Notes: generated by a model not told the origin, from the sequence alone. 64,000 nucleotides of DNA from an uncultured virus (IMG/VR IMGVR_UViG_3300008120_000157) (IMGVR_UViG_3300008120_000157), one strand, 5' to 3'. Positions 19,474 to 28,551 are shown, numbered from the stretch's first letter. Numbers and translations are program-made.

Positions 19474-21936
19474 TTATTTACTCTGTGTGCTTTGAGTCTT
19501 TTTAATGTTGAGTTCTTTTGCTTTAAGTTCTTCTGCTACAAGATTAGCACGAGTCTTTTCTGCAAGTTCTTCTTCTTTTAAACGAATCTGATTAATCTTG
19601 TAATTTTCATCGATATCTGTACGGCGTATGTCTATATAATCATCAATACCGTTTTTATCAGTATCTACGCGATCTTGCTCTAAACCATTAGCTCTAGCAT
19701 CACGAACATCAGCACCTATTTCTTTAATCTTAGCAATCTCTAAGTTAGTTGCCATTTTTTCGCGTTCAATGTTAACAACATCATTATGACGTTTAACTTC
19801 AAAGTCAAGAAGTGCTTGCTTAGCTTGGTTGTCCATTTGTGCTGCTTCTTGTGCTTGTTTAAGTTTGGCTTCTTCCATTTTGTTAGTTTCCTCCTTAATA
19901 CGTTCAGCAGAATCTTGAAGACGGCGAGCAATGTCTTGTACAGATTCAGATTGAGAAATAGCAATAAGATCGGAGATAGTAGCTTGACCGTTTTGAATAG
20001 CAGCTTGAGAAAGTGCGCGCAAATCTTCGTAAAGTTTAGTATCGTTGGTAGAGTTAGATACGTGTAGATCATAATCTGTAGAAACAAATTCATCAAATTG
20101 TGTAACAAACTCTTGACCCATATCGTCAAGTAGGAATTGTCCCTTTTTAGGATTAGATTTGTAAGCAAACTTACAGCACTCTAAAAACTTAGTAAGTACT
20201 CTTTTACGGAAGTTAGCATCAATAGCAAACCACTTTTCAGTAATATGTGATATCTGTGTAACTTCTTGGTTAACGTTAGATACTGCCGCACGCTCTTGTA
20301 CCTGTCCTTCACGCGCACCTGATACACCTGCTAATTTTCCAAGTGTGTTTTCAATGTCAAGCAGTAGGTTAGTGTACATGCCGATGGCGTTAGGGTCGCC
20401 CATCTGAATTTGTTGAGCAGTTAACTGGTTAAATGCGCCAGCAGATTTACCCTGTGATGGGCCTTTGAGAATTTCGTTAGTAGGATCCAACCATGCAAAT
20501 TTATTAATAGTCACATAGCGCATCCACTCTTTAGGATCCCAACCTGAAGGAATAAGAGAAGAGTTAATAGCAGTAAAGGACCCCTTGTATGTAGCGATCT
20601 CTAGTTCGCGCTTGTAGTAGGCGATGTCATAAGAATAAGCAAGAGGCTTCATCACGTCCATGAGAGATTGGACTTTGTAATCATTGGTAGAGTTAACAGA
20701 CCCTACATACGGAGGGGTGCCTTTAGATTTGTTTACTAATGATTTTGATGCATAAGGTACAGGACGCATAAGTGTATAAATATGGTCGGCAATTTTTGTA
20801 CCTTCCATCCACTCATTGACCCAGATCCACTTAACAGTCTCTCCTAATTCTTTTTTAGGTCGATAGTCTTCGGGAACATAGTCTTTTTGTTCTTGTCCGT
20901 CTTCATCAAAATATGTTAATTCTCCAATTTTACGACGTGATCTCCAGCATACTTTTAATACACGGACATTACCATATGTATCAAAAGCACCTGCAAATGT
21001 TCGTGTTCCCATCTCATTAGGATGGAATATATTCATTGCTCCTTGTTCTCCGTAGTAATCATACACCGAGATATCACGATTGAGACCAATACCGCCACCT
21101 GTTCCAAGTGACGCATCTACTTTACCATTTTCTAAGAAATCAATATCAGCAGGTTCTAGTGTATCCCAATAGTCATCAATTACTTGGCCAATAGATTTGT
21201 AGCCATACTCTACAATAATGTCAGCATCCTCAATATACATTGAGTTGCCTCCCATAGTATAAAGGTTCATTGGGTTTACTCGACGCATAACAGGATTACC
21301 GCCTAGTACTCCACAATACATAATTTCTTCGCCTCCAACTAATAAGTCTTCAAAAGTTTTAAGGAAAGTAAAATCAAAGTCACCTTCTTTGTATTCTTTC
21401 TTGAGAATCTTGTTAGCTACTGTTTCTGCAATATCCTGATACTCATACTTGCGATAGTGCTCAAATTGTTTTAGTCTTTTTTGAATCTCCTCTTCTGTAA
21501 GCGATGTACTCATGATCATTTCGCTAGTGATCTTTTTGAGTTCATCCATAAGACCCATTTCTTTACGGCCGATAGCTTCAGAATCATTAGAAGAGATATA
21601 AGCTTTAAACTCTTTACGTCGTTGAGAGTATTCGCCAAGTAGTAAATTAATCTTAGTATTCTCAATGCCGATATGTTGAAAGCTAGCAGGTAAAGATTCT
21701 AGATCTAGATTATCAGGGTTAATAAACTTTTCAAAATCTTTAGTATTGATTATATTAGCTCTAAGATTATAATTAGTCTTTTTGTTCTTAAAGTTAGAAC
21801 GTAGATTAACATCAGAGGTGAGCAAGTGCTCTGCAAAGTCCATGTTTTTCTTATACCAGTAATCGGTCTTTTCTTTGTCAGACAGTTTCTGACGAGGGAA
21901 ACTGATATATCCTTGAATCTTTACAGGTGCGCTCAT
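19474..21936 (-). CDS. Portal protein
   Basis: 820 aa; FPRQKLS..EK...W, KINLLLGEY..R, WVNEWMEGTKI, SLMD.MKP, GVS.AREGQ; directly after the terminase. Confidence 0.88.
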   Translation of the reverse strand: MSAPVKIQGYISFPRQKLSDKEKTDYWYKKNMDFAEHLLTSDVNLRSNFKNKKTNYNLRANIINTKDFEKFINPDNLDLESLPASFQHIGIENTKINLLLGEYSQRRKEFKAYISSNDSEAIGRKEMGLMDELKKITSEMIMSTSLTEEEIQKRLKQFEHYRKYEYQDIAETVANKILKKEYKEGDFDFTFLKTFEDLLVGGEEIMYCGVLGGNPVMRRVNPMNLYTMGGNSMYIEDADIIVEYGYKSIGQVIDDYWDTLEPADIDFLENGKVDASLGTGGGIGLNRDISVYDYYGEQGAMNIFHPNEMGTRTFAGAFDTYGNVRVLKVCWRSRRKIGELTYFDEDGQEQKDYVPEDYRPKKELGETVKWIWVNEWMEGTKIADHIYTLMRPVPYASKSLVNKSKGTPPYVGSVNSTNDYKVQSLMDVMKPLAYSYDIAYYKRELEIATYKGSFTAINSSLIPSGWDPKEWMRYVTINKFAWLDPTNEILKGPSQGKSAGAFNQLTAQQIQMGDPNAIGMYTNLLLDIENTLGKLAGVSGAREGQVQERAAVSNVNQEVTQISHITEKWFAIDANFRKRVLTKFLECCKFAYKSNPKKGQFLLDDMGQEFVTQFDEFVSTDYDLHVSNSTNDTKLYEDLRALSQAAIQNGQATISDLIAISQSESVQDIARRLQDSAERIKEETNKMEEAKLKQAQEAAQMDNQAKQALLDFEVKRHNDVVNIEREKMATNLEIAKIKEIGADVRDARANGLEQDRVDTDKNGIDDYIDIRRTDIDENYKINQIRLKEEELAEKTRANLVAEELKAKELNIKKTQSTQSK

Positions 21937-21957
21937 AATAATTTTTTAACTAAGATA

Positions 21958-21965
21958 CAAATCTA
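21958..21965 (-). promoter_or_regulatory. Bacteroidota -7 promoter box (TAGATTTG) upstream of the portal gene
   Basis: Exact consensus overlapping the terminase stop, 21 nt before the portal ATG. Confidence 0.5.
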
Positions 21966-24134
21966 TGAATAAAAATTTGAATCAAATGTAGTAGGTATTT
22001 TCTTTTTTATTACACCCATTTTTTCAAAGTAGGGATCATCTAAGAAAGTTTTTACTTCTTCTACGCGTTGAGTTACTTCTTTATACATAGTAGAATCTAA
22101 CCACATTAACATAATTAACGCAGAAACTCTATCAAAGTTTCCATCAGGGTTCCACATAATTAACTCTGTAATAATACCAGAAGAATAAATTGTCTCATAT
22201 ACGCGGGTCTCAGACACAGTAGATATTCTTTCTTGTAGCCAAGACTTAATCATATTACGTCCTTCTGAGTTAATAGCACCAGATGCGTTAATACCTTTAG
22301 ATGTGTTAGTACCTGCTTTATAAGTATCTGTAGATCGTAACTGATAAGGAGTTTCTGCTAAAAGATACGTACATTTCATCTGGTCAAAATAATTATAAAG
22401 CCCGATGAGGTTTTTCTCATACATACCCACAGCGTTGTAGTATAATAATAACTTACGACATGTTTCGTAGAAGTCCTTAGCCTCACCTGTACGGCCTGTA
22501 TACTCTGCTACTATTTGTCTAGTAAGTCTATTCATTATTAGTATACAAGGGAGAGAGTCTGTGGTTGACTTATCTTTATCAACAACGTCGATTCCTGCTA
22601 TGTAGGTACCACGAGGTATAATCCCATCAGGATTTCTTTGTGGCTTAACCCAGATTTCTATACAGCCCCGCTTGTCATCATTTTTACTGAGTGGATATTT
22701 TCTAATAGGAGTAGCATCTTGCTCTGTGTAAAACTCTGGTTCGTTTTTAGTATTAAAACTGATGTGTCCTTTAAAGCTAGCCTCTTGGTATTTTTTATAT
22801 TTACCGCCCTCTACTTCAGCAAGTTGTTCTTTGAGTAGTAAGGTAGGAAAGAAAGCGCCTTCGAGTACCAAGAAAGCCTCGGATGGTACTTCAGGACCGT
22901 TGATGATTTCTGTTTGATATACAGTAGGGTCTGGTGATTTTTTAGCCGTAGTACGTTTGTCTTCAATGTATAGTTTAGCTAGATCTAAATCTGTGATGTA
23001 GTCCTCTGTTTTTTTAAACTCATTAAGAGTGAGTCTGTATGGTACAAAATAACCTATGTTGCCACGGTTTTCAAAGATATCCTCAAAGATTAAGCAGTTA
23101 TAATCTTGAGGATTACGAAATACGGACTCTGCATAGAGTGCTGCTCTACCAGATACAAGACCGCCTGTTCCTAAAGCCCAGATAACTAAGCTTTTCTTGG
23201 CCTTTGATGCTTGTGTTGCTTCAATAGCACCCCAAGATTCTTTAAGGTTGTACATGAAACCTACCTCATCGAGAATACACAGGTTAGGACGAGTACCGTT
23301 AGCTGCAAGTGGGTTATCTTTAAAAGATCGGTGGCGTAATACCGACCCTGTACCTGTTGTACCTTCTCGGTTAGGCATTAGAGAACCCGTATAAGTAGTA
23401 GCTAGTGGTGAAGGGTATTTATCGTCTCCCATTTCAAAGCTACCTGGCAAAAGTGTTAAGGCAGTTTGAATCTTCTTCATTAGCGGCACGGTATACTTAG
23501 TATCAATCGCCCCAATGATAGTATCAGATGCTAGAAATTGCTTAGCTTTCTTACGTTCTAGATAGTCATCATAGTCAGTAGCACCATCAAAAAGAAAGTT
23601 ATGGGCGGCAATACCTGATGAGGAGTAGGATTTACCTGAACCACGAGCCTGAATACTGATTAAATGCTGTGCAGAGTTACGATATAAGGGTTTGCCTAGG
23701 TTTTTTGGGTGGATTCTGCGTAGATATTCTCTAGCAGGAATGTAAGTTTTAGAATTAGCCTCAGCTTCTGTGATACGCTGTAGTTTAATGGCCATCTCTT
23801 TCTCTGGGCCATACTTTCTGTCGCATGTGAAAGCAGTATCTTCACTAAAACCAGAGAATCCACGACATTCTTCATATATCAAAAACAACTCCCAATCGAT
23901 GTCGCGTAGAAACGGTAGACCAAAGGCCTGGGAAACTGAAGTGTCGTCTTCAAACTGAATGTTATGAAAGTTTATGTAATAATAAAGAGGTCCAGGCATC
24001 CACTTACCACCGACCCAATAACCTTCTATACACTTGCGTTTCTCATCTCTCCAAAAAGAAACACGATCATAGTATTCTAACTCTGGATGGAAGTTAGGAA
24101 TCTCCTTGAGCCTAAAGTTAGAATTGTTTATCAT
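21963..24134 (-). CDS. terL: Terminase large subunit
   Basis: YYYINF, Walker A QARGSGKSY, Walker B LCILDEVG, GTGG coupling motif, nuclease AGIDVVD and NFDRVSA. Confidence 0.93.
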   Translation of the reverse strand: MINNSNFRLKEIPNFHPELEYYDRVSFWRDEKRKCIEGYWVGGKWMPGPLYYYINFHNIQFEDDTSVSQAFGLPFLRDIDWELFLIYEECRGFSGFSEDTAFTCDRKYGPEKEMAIKLQRITEAEANSKTYIPAREYLRRIHPKNLGKPLYRNSAQHLISIQARGSGKSYSSSGIAAHNFLFDGATDYDDYLERKKAKQFLASDTIIGAIDTKYTVPLMKKIQTALTLLPGSFEMGDDKYPSPLATTYTGSLMPNREGTTGTGSVLRHRSFKDNPLAANGTRPNLCILDEVGFMYNLKESWGAIEATQASKAKKSLVIWALGTGGLVSGRAALYAESVFRNPQDYNCLIFEDIFENRGNIGYFVPYRLTLNEFKKTEDYITDLDLAKLYIEDKRTTAKKSPDPTVYQTEIINGPEVPSEAFLVLEGAFFPTLLLKEQLAEVEGGKYKKYQEASFKGHISFNTKNEPEFYTEQDATPIRKYPLSKNDDKRGCIEIWVKPQRNPDGIIPRGTYIAGIDVVDKDKSTTDSLPCILIMNRLTRQIVAEYTGRTGEAKDFYETCRKLLLYYNAVGMYEKNLIGLYNYFDQMKCTYLLAETPYQLRSTDTYKAGTNTSKGINASGAINSEGRNMIKSWLQERISTVSETRVYETIYSSGIITELIMWNPDGNFDRVSALIMLMWLDSTMYKEVTQRVEEVKTFLDDPYFEKMGVIKKKIPTTFDSNFYS

Positions 24135-24135
24135 G

Positions 24136-24657
24136 TTAAATTTCTCCTGAATCTGTTAATGATGCAATATTTTTGCCCTTACGTGTAGTCTTGTCTTCGT
24201 CGTATTCTTGTTTAATCTTTTTATAATCCTGAAACAGCTTAGCTGTGTTAGCTAACATCTTATCTAGCTCTACTAATTCTTTGAGATTTCTTTCTAAGAT
24301 AGCATCTTTATACATGTTCTTCAAAGATTCATCCCGAACATTCATAATTTCTGTCCAATTAACAAGACCGCGTTCTGCTGGAGTTAGTACTAACTCTTTA
24401 TAAGTAAATACTTGTTGGCGTAAAGTATCCCAATTAAATTCTGGGTCTTTAAGAAAGTCTTTAGCTAAGACGTATAGCTTGTTAGGAATATTAAAAAACT
24501 TAGACTCTGGATTGTAAGCATAATAAATAGCCCACATTTTACGTGAGCTTTCTAATTTGTTTTTGCTTTTATCTCGATAATGCAACTCGTTAAAACTATC
24601 TAGCATTACTAACTCAGGATAGGTATCCCAAAAACTAAAGTCGTGGAGAGCTTTCAT
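24136..24657 (-). CDS. Conserved helical protein upstream of terL (possible small terminase)
   Basis: Position; SSRKMWAIY, RKGK..ASL.D.GEI. Confidence 0.45.
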   Translation of the reverse strand: MKALHDFSFWDTYPELVMLDSFNELHYRDKSKNKLESSRKMWAIYYAYNPESKFFNIPNKLYVLAKDFLKDPEFNWDTLRQQVFTYKELVLTPAERGLVNWTEIMNVRDESLKNMYKDAILERNLKELVELDKMLANTAKLFQDYKKIKQEYDEDKTTRKGKNIASLTDSGEI

Positions 24658-24929
24658 TATTTTACTCCGTGTGTTTGAGTGTAAATAGTAGACAGTTTAT
24701 CGTAAAGTTCTCCGTGACTATATGTACATAAGAATTCTGTACCTCCACTAAATACTATAGTATAATCTCCATAAGGAGTTTTAAAAGGAGAAATAGCGTT
24801 GATAGTAAAAAACGTAGTAAACGTAGGCTCTAAACTATCATTAATTAGTTCTTCTATTTTTAAACTATTATCCGTTATCTCTATGTCTTCAGGAAACGGA
24901 ACTGTCGGTAGGGTTATCTTGAGTATCAT
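24657..24929 (-). CDS. Hypothetical protein
   Basis: 90-aa ORF in the operon. Confidence 0.45.
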   Translation of the reverse strand: MILKITLPTVPFPEDIEITDNSLKIEELINDSLEPTFTTFFTINAISPFKTPYGDYTIVFSGGTEFLCTYSHGELYDKLSTIYTQTHGVK

Positions 24930-25185
24930 CAGTTTTATTTTTATCTATGCAATAATTAGCGTAATTGATTCTTTTTTTGTTAGGTATAAATTTACCAAAA
25001 TGCTCTATGTGAATTACAGGAAATTTATCTAAGACAAACTTGTTATCTTCTCCACGATGGTTAGAACTAATATGTTTAGCAATAGTAAAGCCAAAACTAG
25101 CCCAAATTTCTTCTGCTTGAGTAAGAGTTAGACCATGGCGTTGTGCTGTAGCTATTAGCAAATCACGTTGTCTAGAGTTCTTCAT
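24889..25185 (-). CDS. IHF/HU-like DNA-binding protein
   Basis: A...GLT...AEEI helix pair, VIHIEHFGKF.P; IHF-like genes are known near terL in crAss-like phages. Confidence 0.6.
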   Translation of the reverse strand: MKNSRQRDLLIATAQRHGLTLTQAEEIWASFGFTIAKHISSNHRGEDNKFVLDKFPVIHIEHFGKFIPNKKRINYANYCIDKNKTDDTQDNPTDSSVS

Positions 25186-25774
25186 CAGGCGGAGTTAAGC
25201 TAAAATCAAATTGTTCTTCTTCAATCACAGGAGCTTTAGATGCATCATGCTGATATTCAGTAGGTGGAGTTACTTCTCCACCCCATACCATATTTTCCAG
25301 TACTTTAGTATCTTGCTCTGCTTGTTCTATCATAGCTTCTCCAAGTGTTTCGTTAAAAGACTTTTCAGGAGCAGTAGTAGGTATAGAAGGGGTTTCTGTC
25401 ATCACAAGGTTTACTTCAATACGAAAGCCGTCTTGATCAGGTTTGTACCTAAGCTCTTGATGTAAAAGATTATTATCATCTATCAAAGGCTTATTAAACA
25501 AAAGTTTCTTTTTAAGTCTAGAGATGATAACATTAAACTGCTTCTCTTCTATCTTAACAAGTTCTCTCATCTCTTTACGCATATCAGTAGACAAGATAAA
25601 CTTAGCACGTTTCTCTTCAGGAAGAGCTGCGTACTCGTTATCTAATCTAATAATCTCTGCTAAAACATCACGCTCTTGTGGCGTAAGGTTTAGCATGAAG
25701 TTCATGAACGCAAGGATCTGCTTATAGATCTTGTTTTGGTTCGTCGGTAGTGAAATTACTTTGCGTTGCTTCAT
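25172..25774 (-). CDS. HTH-type protein with acidic tail
   Basis: LNLTPQERDVLAEII, FNVIISRLKKK. Confidence 0.5.
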   Translation of the reverse strand: MKQRKVISLPTNQNKIYKQILAFMNFMLNLTPQERDVLAEIIRLDNEYAALPEEKRAKFILSTDMRKEMRELVKIEEKQFNVIISRLKKKLLFNKPLIDDNNLLHQELRYKPDQDGFRIEVNLVMTETPSIPTTAPEKSFNETLGEAMIEQAEQDTKVLENMVWGGEVTPPTEYQHDASKAPVIEEEQFDFSLTPPDEEL

Positions 25775-26144
25775 CGATAATTTGTTTTTGTAATTCTTCG
25801 TCCGTGTTCATCATCTTACCCACTTGAAGCCAAGTAAATACAGAGGTCTCTGTAAATGCTGCAATTACTTCTACTAACACATGGTACTCCATATTCTTAG
25901 CATCAATACCAGCAGGCCGTGGATATCTAAACTGTTGGATAATAACTTCAGGGTAAGCAGCTTCTTTTACCATAATGTCTACATGCCAAGCTTTAAATCC
26001 TTCTGTTTCTTCTGTAGCCTCTACTTCTACGGGGTAAGATTTGTAAGTAAATTGCAAACCGTATTGTTGTGCGCGATTAGTAGCTAGCATAAAAGTGTTT
26101 GCTAGTACCTCTTTAATCACTTGTAGTTTCTCCGTTGTTCCCAT
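25722..26144 (-). CDS. Hypothetical protein
   Basis: 140-aa ORF in the operon. Confidence 0.5.
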   Translation of the reverse strand: MGTTEKLQVIKEVLANTFMLATNRAQQYGLQFTYKSYPVEVEATEETEGFKAWHVDIMVKEAAYPEVIIQQFRYPRPAGIDAKNMEYHVLVEVIAAFTETSVFTWLQVGKMMNTDEELQKQIIDEATQSNFTTDEPKQDL

Positions 26145-26325
26145 TATTATTAATTTTAAATTGTAAAGTAAAAAGAGCGGCCCCAGTAGTGCTGGTAGAG
26201 ATAAAATATTCTACTTCTAAATTCTTACTGTGCTGTCTACAGTAAGTATTAAATTTTTCCACCAGGGCTTCCTCCCGTTTGAATAGTTCTTCTAGACTAT
26301 TTGATCTTAATTCTCCAATCTCCAT
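26113..26325 (-). CDS. Hypothetical protein
   Basis: 70 aa; TGATG overlap with the upstream gene. Confidence 0.45.
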   Translation of the reverse strand: MEIGELRSNSLEELFKREEALVEKFNTYCRQHSKNLEVEYFISTSTTGAALFTLQFKINNNGNNGETTSD

Positions 26326-26594
26326 CAGCAGTCCAAAAAATAATCAGGAAGCTTATACTTCCCTCTCTGTATTTTAATTAACAACCCTCGTTCTCGTAAC
26401 GATGCTATCATTTTTTCTAAGGCAGGTAAAGATACATTAAGCTCCTCAACGATGAGGTTCTTGTTAAAGTTATCTGCGTACCATATGTTAGCGTATAGGT
26501 CTGCCTGTTGAATAATGTAATATAAAGCATGAAAGCTCGTATCGTTTGCTTTAAGCAAGATGCTGTCTTTTGTGTCAAGATAAACTAGTATCAT
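26325..26594 (-). CDS. Winged-helix (RepL-like) DNA-binding protein
   Basis: IVEELNVSLPALEKMIASLRERGLLIKIQRGKYKL. Confidence 0.65.
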   Translation of the reverse strand: MILVYLDTKDSILLKANDTSFHALYYIIQQADLYANIWYADNFNKNLIVEELNVSLPALEKMIASLRERGLLIKIQRGKYKLPDYFLDC

Positions 26595-26598
26595 GACG

Positions 26599-26606
26599 CA
26601 AATATA
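26599..26606 (-). promoter_or_regulatory. -7 box TATATTTG, 4 nt before the ATG (likely leaderless mRNA)
   Basis: Exact TAnnTTTG consensus. Confidence 0.6.
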
Positions 26607-26650
26607 TAAATAATTTAGAATAACAGAATATATTCTATAAATTATTATAA

Positions 26651-27169
26651 TTATTTTATAAAAGGCTGAAAGACATTAAAGACAGTATTGTCTATCGTCT
26701 TACGTTTACGGGCTATGTAAGGATTTAACATATATACAACGCGTAGTTCTCCTGAGATCCTACCTTTGATCTGATAAAGCACACCAAGCTCCATAAGTTT
26801 TTTTAACAGCTTAAAGAACTTATCTCTTGATGAGTAGCCTAAGAACGATTGAAGTGATTCATTGCTGTGAGGTTGAGGACCATTGTATACAAGGTTTAAG
26901 GGAGTCTTGAGATCAGTAGCCATAAGAAGCACGTTGCTAAGCTCAGCACGTGATAACTCATTAGATAAAAACTTTACTGTTTCACTGTCTAATACAACAT
27001 AATCATCAGAACTCATTACGACATAGTCTCCTTTCTCTGTGACGCTTACGGAAAGTTTGTCTTTGCCAAGTGTAGAGCTTAGTAACTCACCAGTCTCGGT
27101 GTTAACATAAGTTTCTAGATCAAAGTCTATATTTTTCTTTAGTCTAGGCTGTGTAATTTTGTTTCCCAT
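26651..27169 (-). CDS. RepL-like replication or maintenance wHTH protein
   Basis: YVNTETGE N-terminal motif, LQSFLGYSSRDKFFKLLKKLMELGVL, VYMLNPYIARK. Confidence 0.7.
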   Translation of the reverse strand: MGNKITQPRLKKNIDFDLETYVNTETGELLSSTLGKDKLSVSVTEKGDYVVMSSDDYVVLDSETVKFLSNELSRAELSNVLLMATDLKTPLNLVYNGPQPHSNESLQSFLGYSSRDKFFKLLKKLMELGVLYQIKGRISGELRVVYMLNPYIARKRKTIDNTVFNVFQPFIK

Positions 27170-27173
27170 AGTA

Positions 27174-27181
27174 CAAAGTTA
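27174..27181 (-). promoter_or_regulatory. -7 box TAACTTTG, 4 nt before the ATG (likely leaderless mRNA)
   Basis: Exact TAnnTTTG consensus. Confidence 0.6.
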
Positions 27182-27212
27182 ATATAATTTTTTTATAATA
27201 CAATGACGTAAT

Positions 27213-27261
27213 GTCCCTTTTAGGGGACTTTTAACCCCCTATAAGTCCCTTTTAGGGGACT
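27213..27261. repeat. Two identical 17-bp palindromic boxes GTCCCTTTTAGGGGACT (operator or iteron)
   Basis: Copies at 27213-27229 and 27245-27261, 32-bp period, arms GTCCC-N6-GGGAC. Confidence 0.8.
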
Positions 27262-27563
27262 CGTATAAATCCTCTGTAACGTAAGAGCAGTATAGGATAT
27301 AGAAGATTTTTTGTGATTTCACGCTTGATATTATTTGGGAACCTTCTTTCAGTAGTTAAGGGTATAGCCTTATATACCAAAAAAATTTTCAGGGTATGGC
27401 CTAAAAAATACACCAGTGGTTTAAAAAAATATACCCCCCCCCTATTCCCTGTGGGGAAAAACTAAGAAGAGGCAATAGTGGTTACCACCTAGACCTCGAA
27501 CCCCTACTAACTTTTGGGCGGGGGAAACACCCCCGTCCGTTTAACGCCTCTAAAACCGTAATC

Positions 27564-27860
27564 ATGGCACTAAACATCAACCTCATCTCGGCTACCGTCA
27601 AGCAGTACGGTACGCCTCTATTCCAACTCGAAGAGACTATCGGCACCTTCGATGCTAACACTGCCGATATCACCATCGTCGACGACACGACGTTTATGTT
27701 TCAAGGCTACTATGTACGCCTTCGAAACAAAAACATCGAGGCGGGCGAGACTACTGCGACACCACGTGAGTGGACCATGGGACAGTTCGTCTCGACACGT
27801 GAGTTCGAGTTCAACGGAACCACGTATCCTGCTGGTCGTCAGGTACTTATGGCGTTCTAA
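27564..27860 (+). CDS. First plus-strand (early) gene, hypothetical, GC-rich
   Basis: 98 aa; flanked by the GGGCGGGG-GAAACA-CCCCGTCC hairpin upstream and a UUCG hairpin downstream. Confidence 0.65.
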   Translation: MALNINLISATVKQYGTPLFQLEETIGTFDANTADITIVDDTTFMFQGYYVRLRNKNIEAGETTATPREWTMGQFVSTREFEFNGTTYPAGRQVLMAF

Positions 27861-27872
27861 GAGTGCTTACCA

Positions 27873-27888
27873 ACCCCCTTCGGGGGGT
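27873..27888 (+). terminator. C(UUCG)G tetraloop hairpin after the first early gene
   Basis: ACCCCC-TTCG-GGGGGT. Confidence 0.6.
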
Positions 27889-27974
27889 ATTGGTGTTGTT
27901 CTGCGGTCCTTAAATACGACTCGATATATTAAGTTTATCGCTTAATTCAGTATTCACCTCTAAAACCTCAGACT

Positions 27975-28043
27975 ATGGAGACATACATCATAGTAGACGG
28001 TGTTGTTACTATCCTCGAATGGGTAGTAAACACCAACGCATAG
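27975..28043 (+). CDS. 22-aa hydrophobic micropeptide
   Basis: METYIIVDGVVTILEWVVNTNA; leader CCTCTAAAACC is shared with gene 27564; followed by the AAACACAGCCCT-loop-AGGGCTATGTTT hairpin. Confidence 0.45.
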   Translation: METYIIVDGVVTILEWVVNTNA

Positions 28044-28090
28044 TAACATGCGTGATAAACACAGCCCTTTGACTAGGGCTATGTTTAATA

Positions 28091-28182
28091 TACTCTCATC
28101 CAATAGGTAAATGTGGGCCATCAGAAATGATGTCTGCTTCAAATGTGTCACATACATCAAGGATTAGAACCTTGTGAGAGTA
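28091..28182 (+). ncRNA. Putative structured RNA A (multi-stem junction)
   Basis: P1 TACTCTCA/TGAGAGTA; ATGTG/CACAT; CATCA-GAAA-TGATG; CAAGG-ATTAGAA-CCTTG; non-coding. Confidence 0.5.
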
Positions 28183-28225
28183 CTAATCTAGGAGATGATA
28201 CGTAGGCCTAGCTACAATTAACTAA

Positions 28226-28359
28226 TCTGCACCATTCTCACTTCCCAAGGGTGAGCAGTTGTAATATACTCCCAGTAAATTTGCCTATAAGGTTTGGGGT
28301 TAAAACACGTAAAAGTAGCCAGTGAAACAAATGGTTGTGGTATTACAACTGAGTGCAGA
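28226..28359 (+). ncRNA. Putative structured RNA B (three-way junction)
   Basis: P1 TCTGCAC/GTGCAGA; P2 CTCACTT-CCCAA-GGGTGAG; P3 CAGTTGTAATA/TATTACAACTG (11 bp perfect). Confidence 0.6.
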
Positions 28360-28395
28360 GGGGTTAACTATTATTTACCTTTAAAACTAAACACA

Positions 28396-28470
28396 ATGAA
28401 CACAATCAGATTAATCGGAAGACTAGCAGTAAGCATGCTAATTGTAATCTTATTACGAAGAAACAAGTAA
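28396..28470 (+). CDS. 24-aa membrane micropeptide
   Basis: MNTIRLIGRLAVSMLIVILLRRNK with an A-rich leader. Confidence 0.5.
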   Translation: MNTIRLIGRLAVSMLIVILLRRNK

Positions 28471-28476
28471 ACAGTC

Positions 28477-28551
28477 ATGATAGTAGTAAACATCATTATC
28501 ATAGCTGCAATTCTTGGATTCACTATTTATTTATTACTCAATAACTTATGA
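28477..28551 (+). CDS. 24-aa membrane micropeptide
   Basis: MIVVNIIIIAAILGFTIYLLLNNL; ATGA-coupled to the next ORF. Confidence 0.5.
   Translation: MIVVNIIIIAAILGFTIYLLLNNL

Noticed and set aside
27213..27261. Mini CRISPR array
   Set aside because: Only two 17-bp repeats with a 15-bp spacer, too short for CRISPR, and no cas genes.
28091..28359. SAM-I riboswitch or hammerhead ribozyme
   Set aside because: The SAM-I core and the CUGAnGA/GAAA hammerhead core are not found in the right arrangement on either strand.
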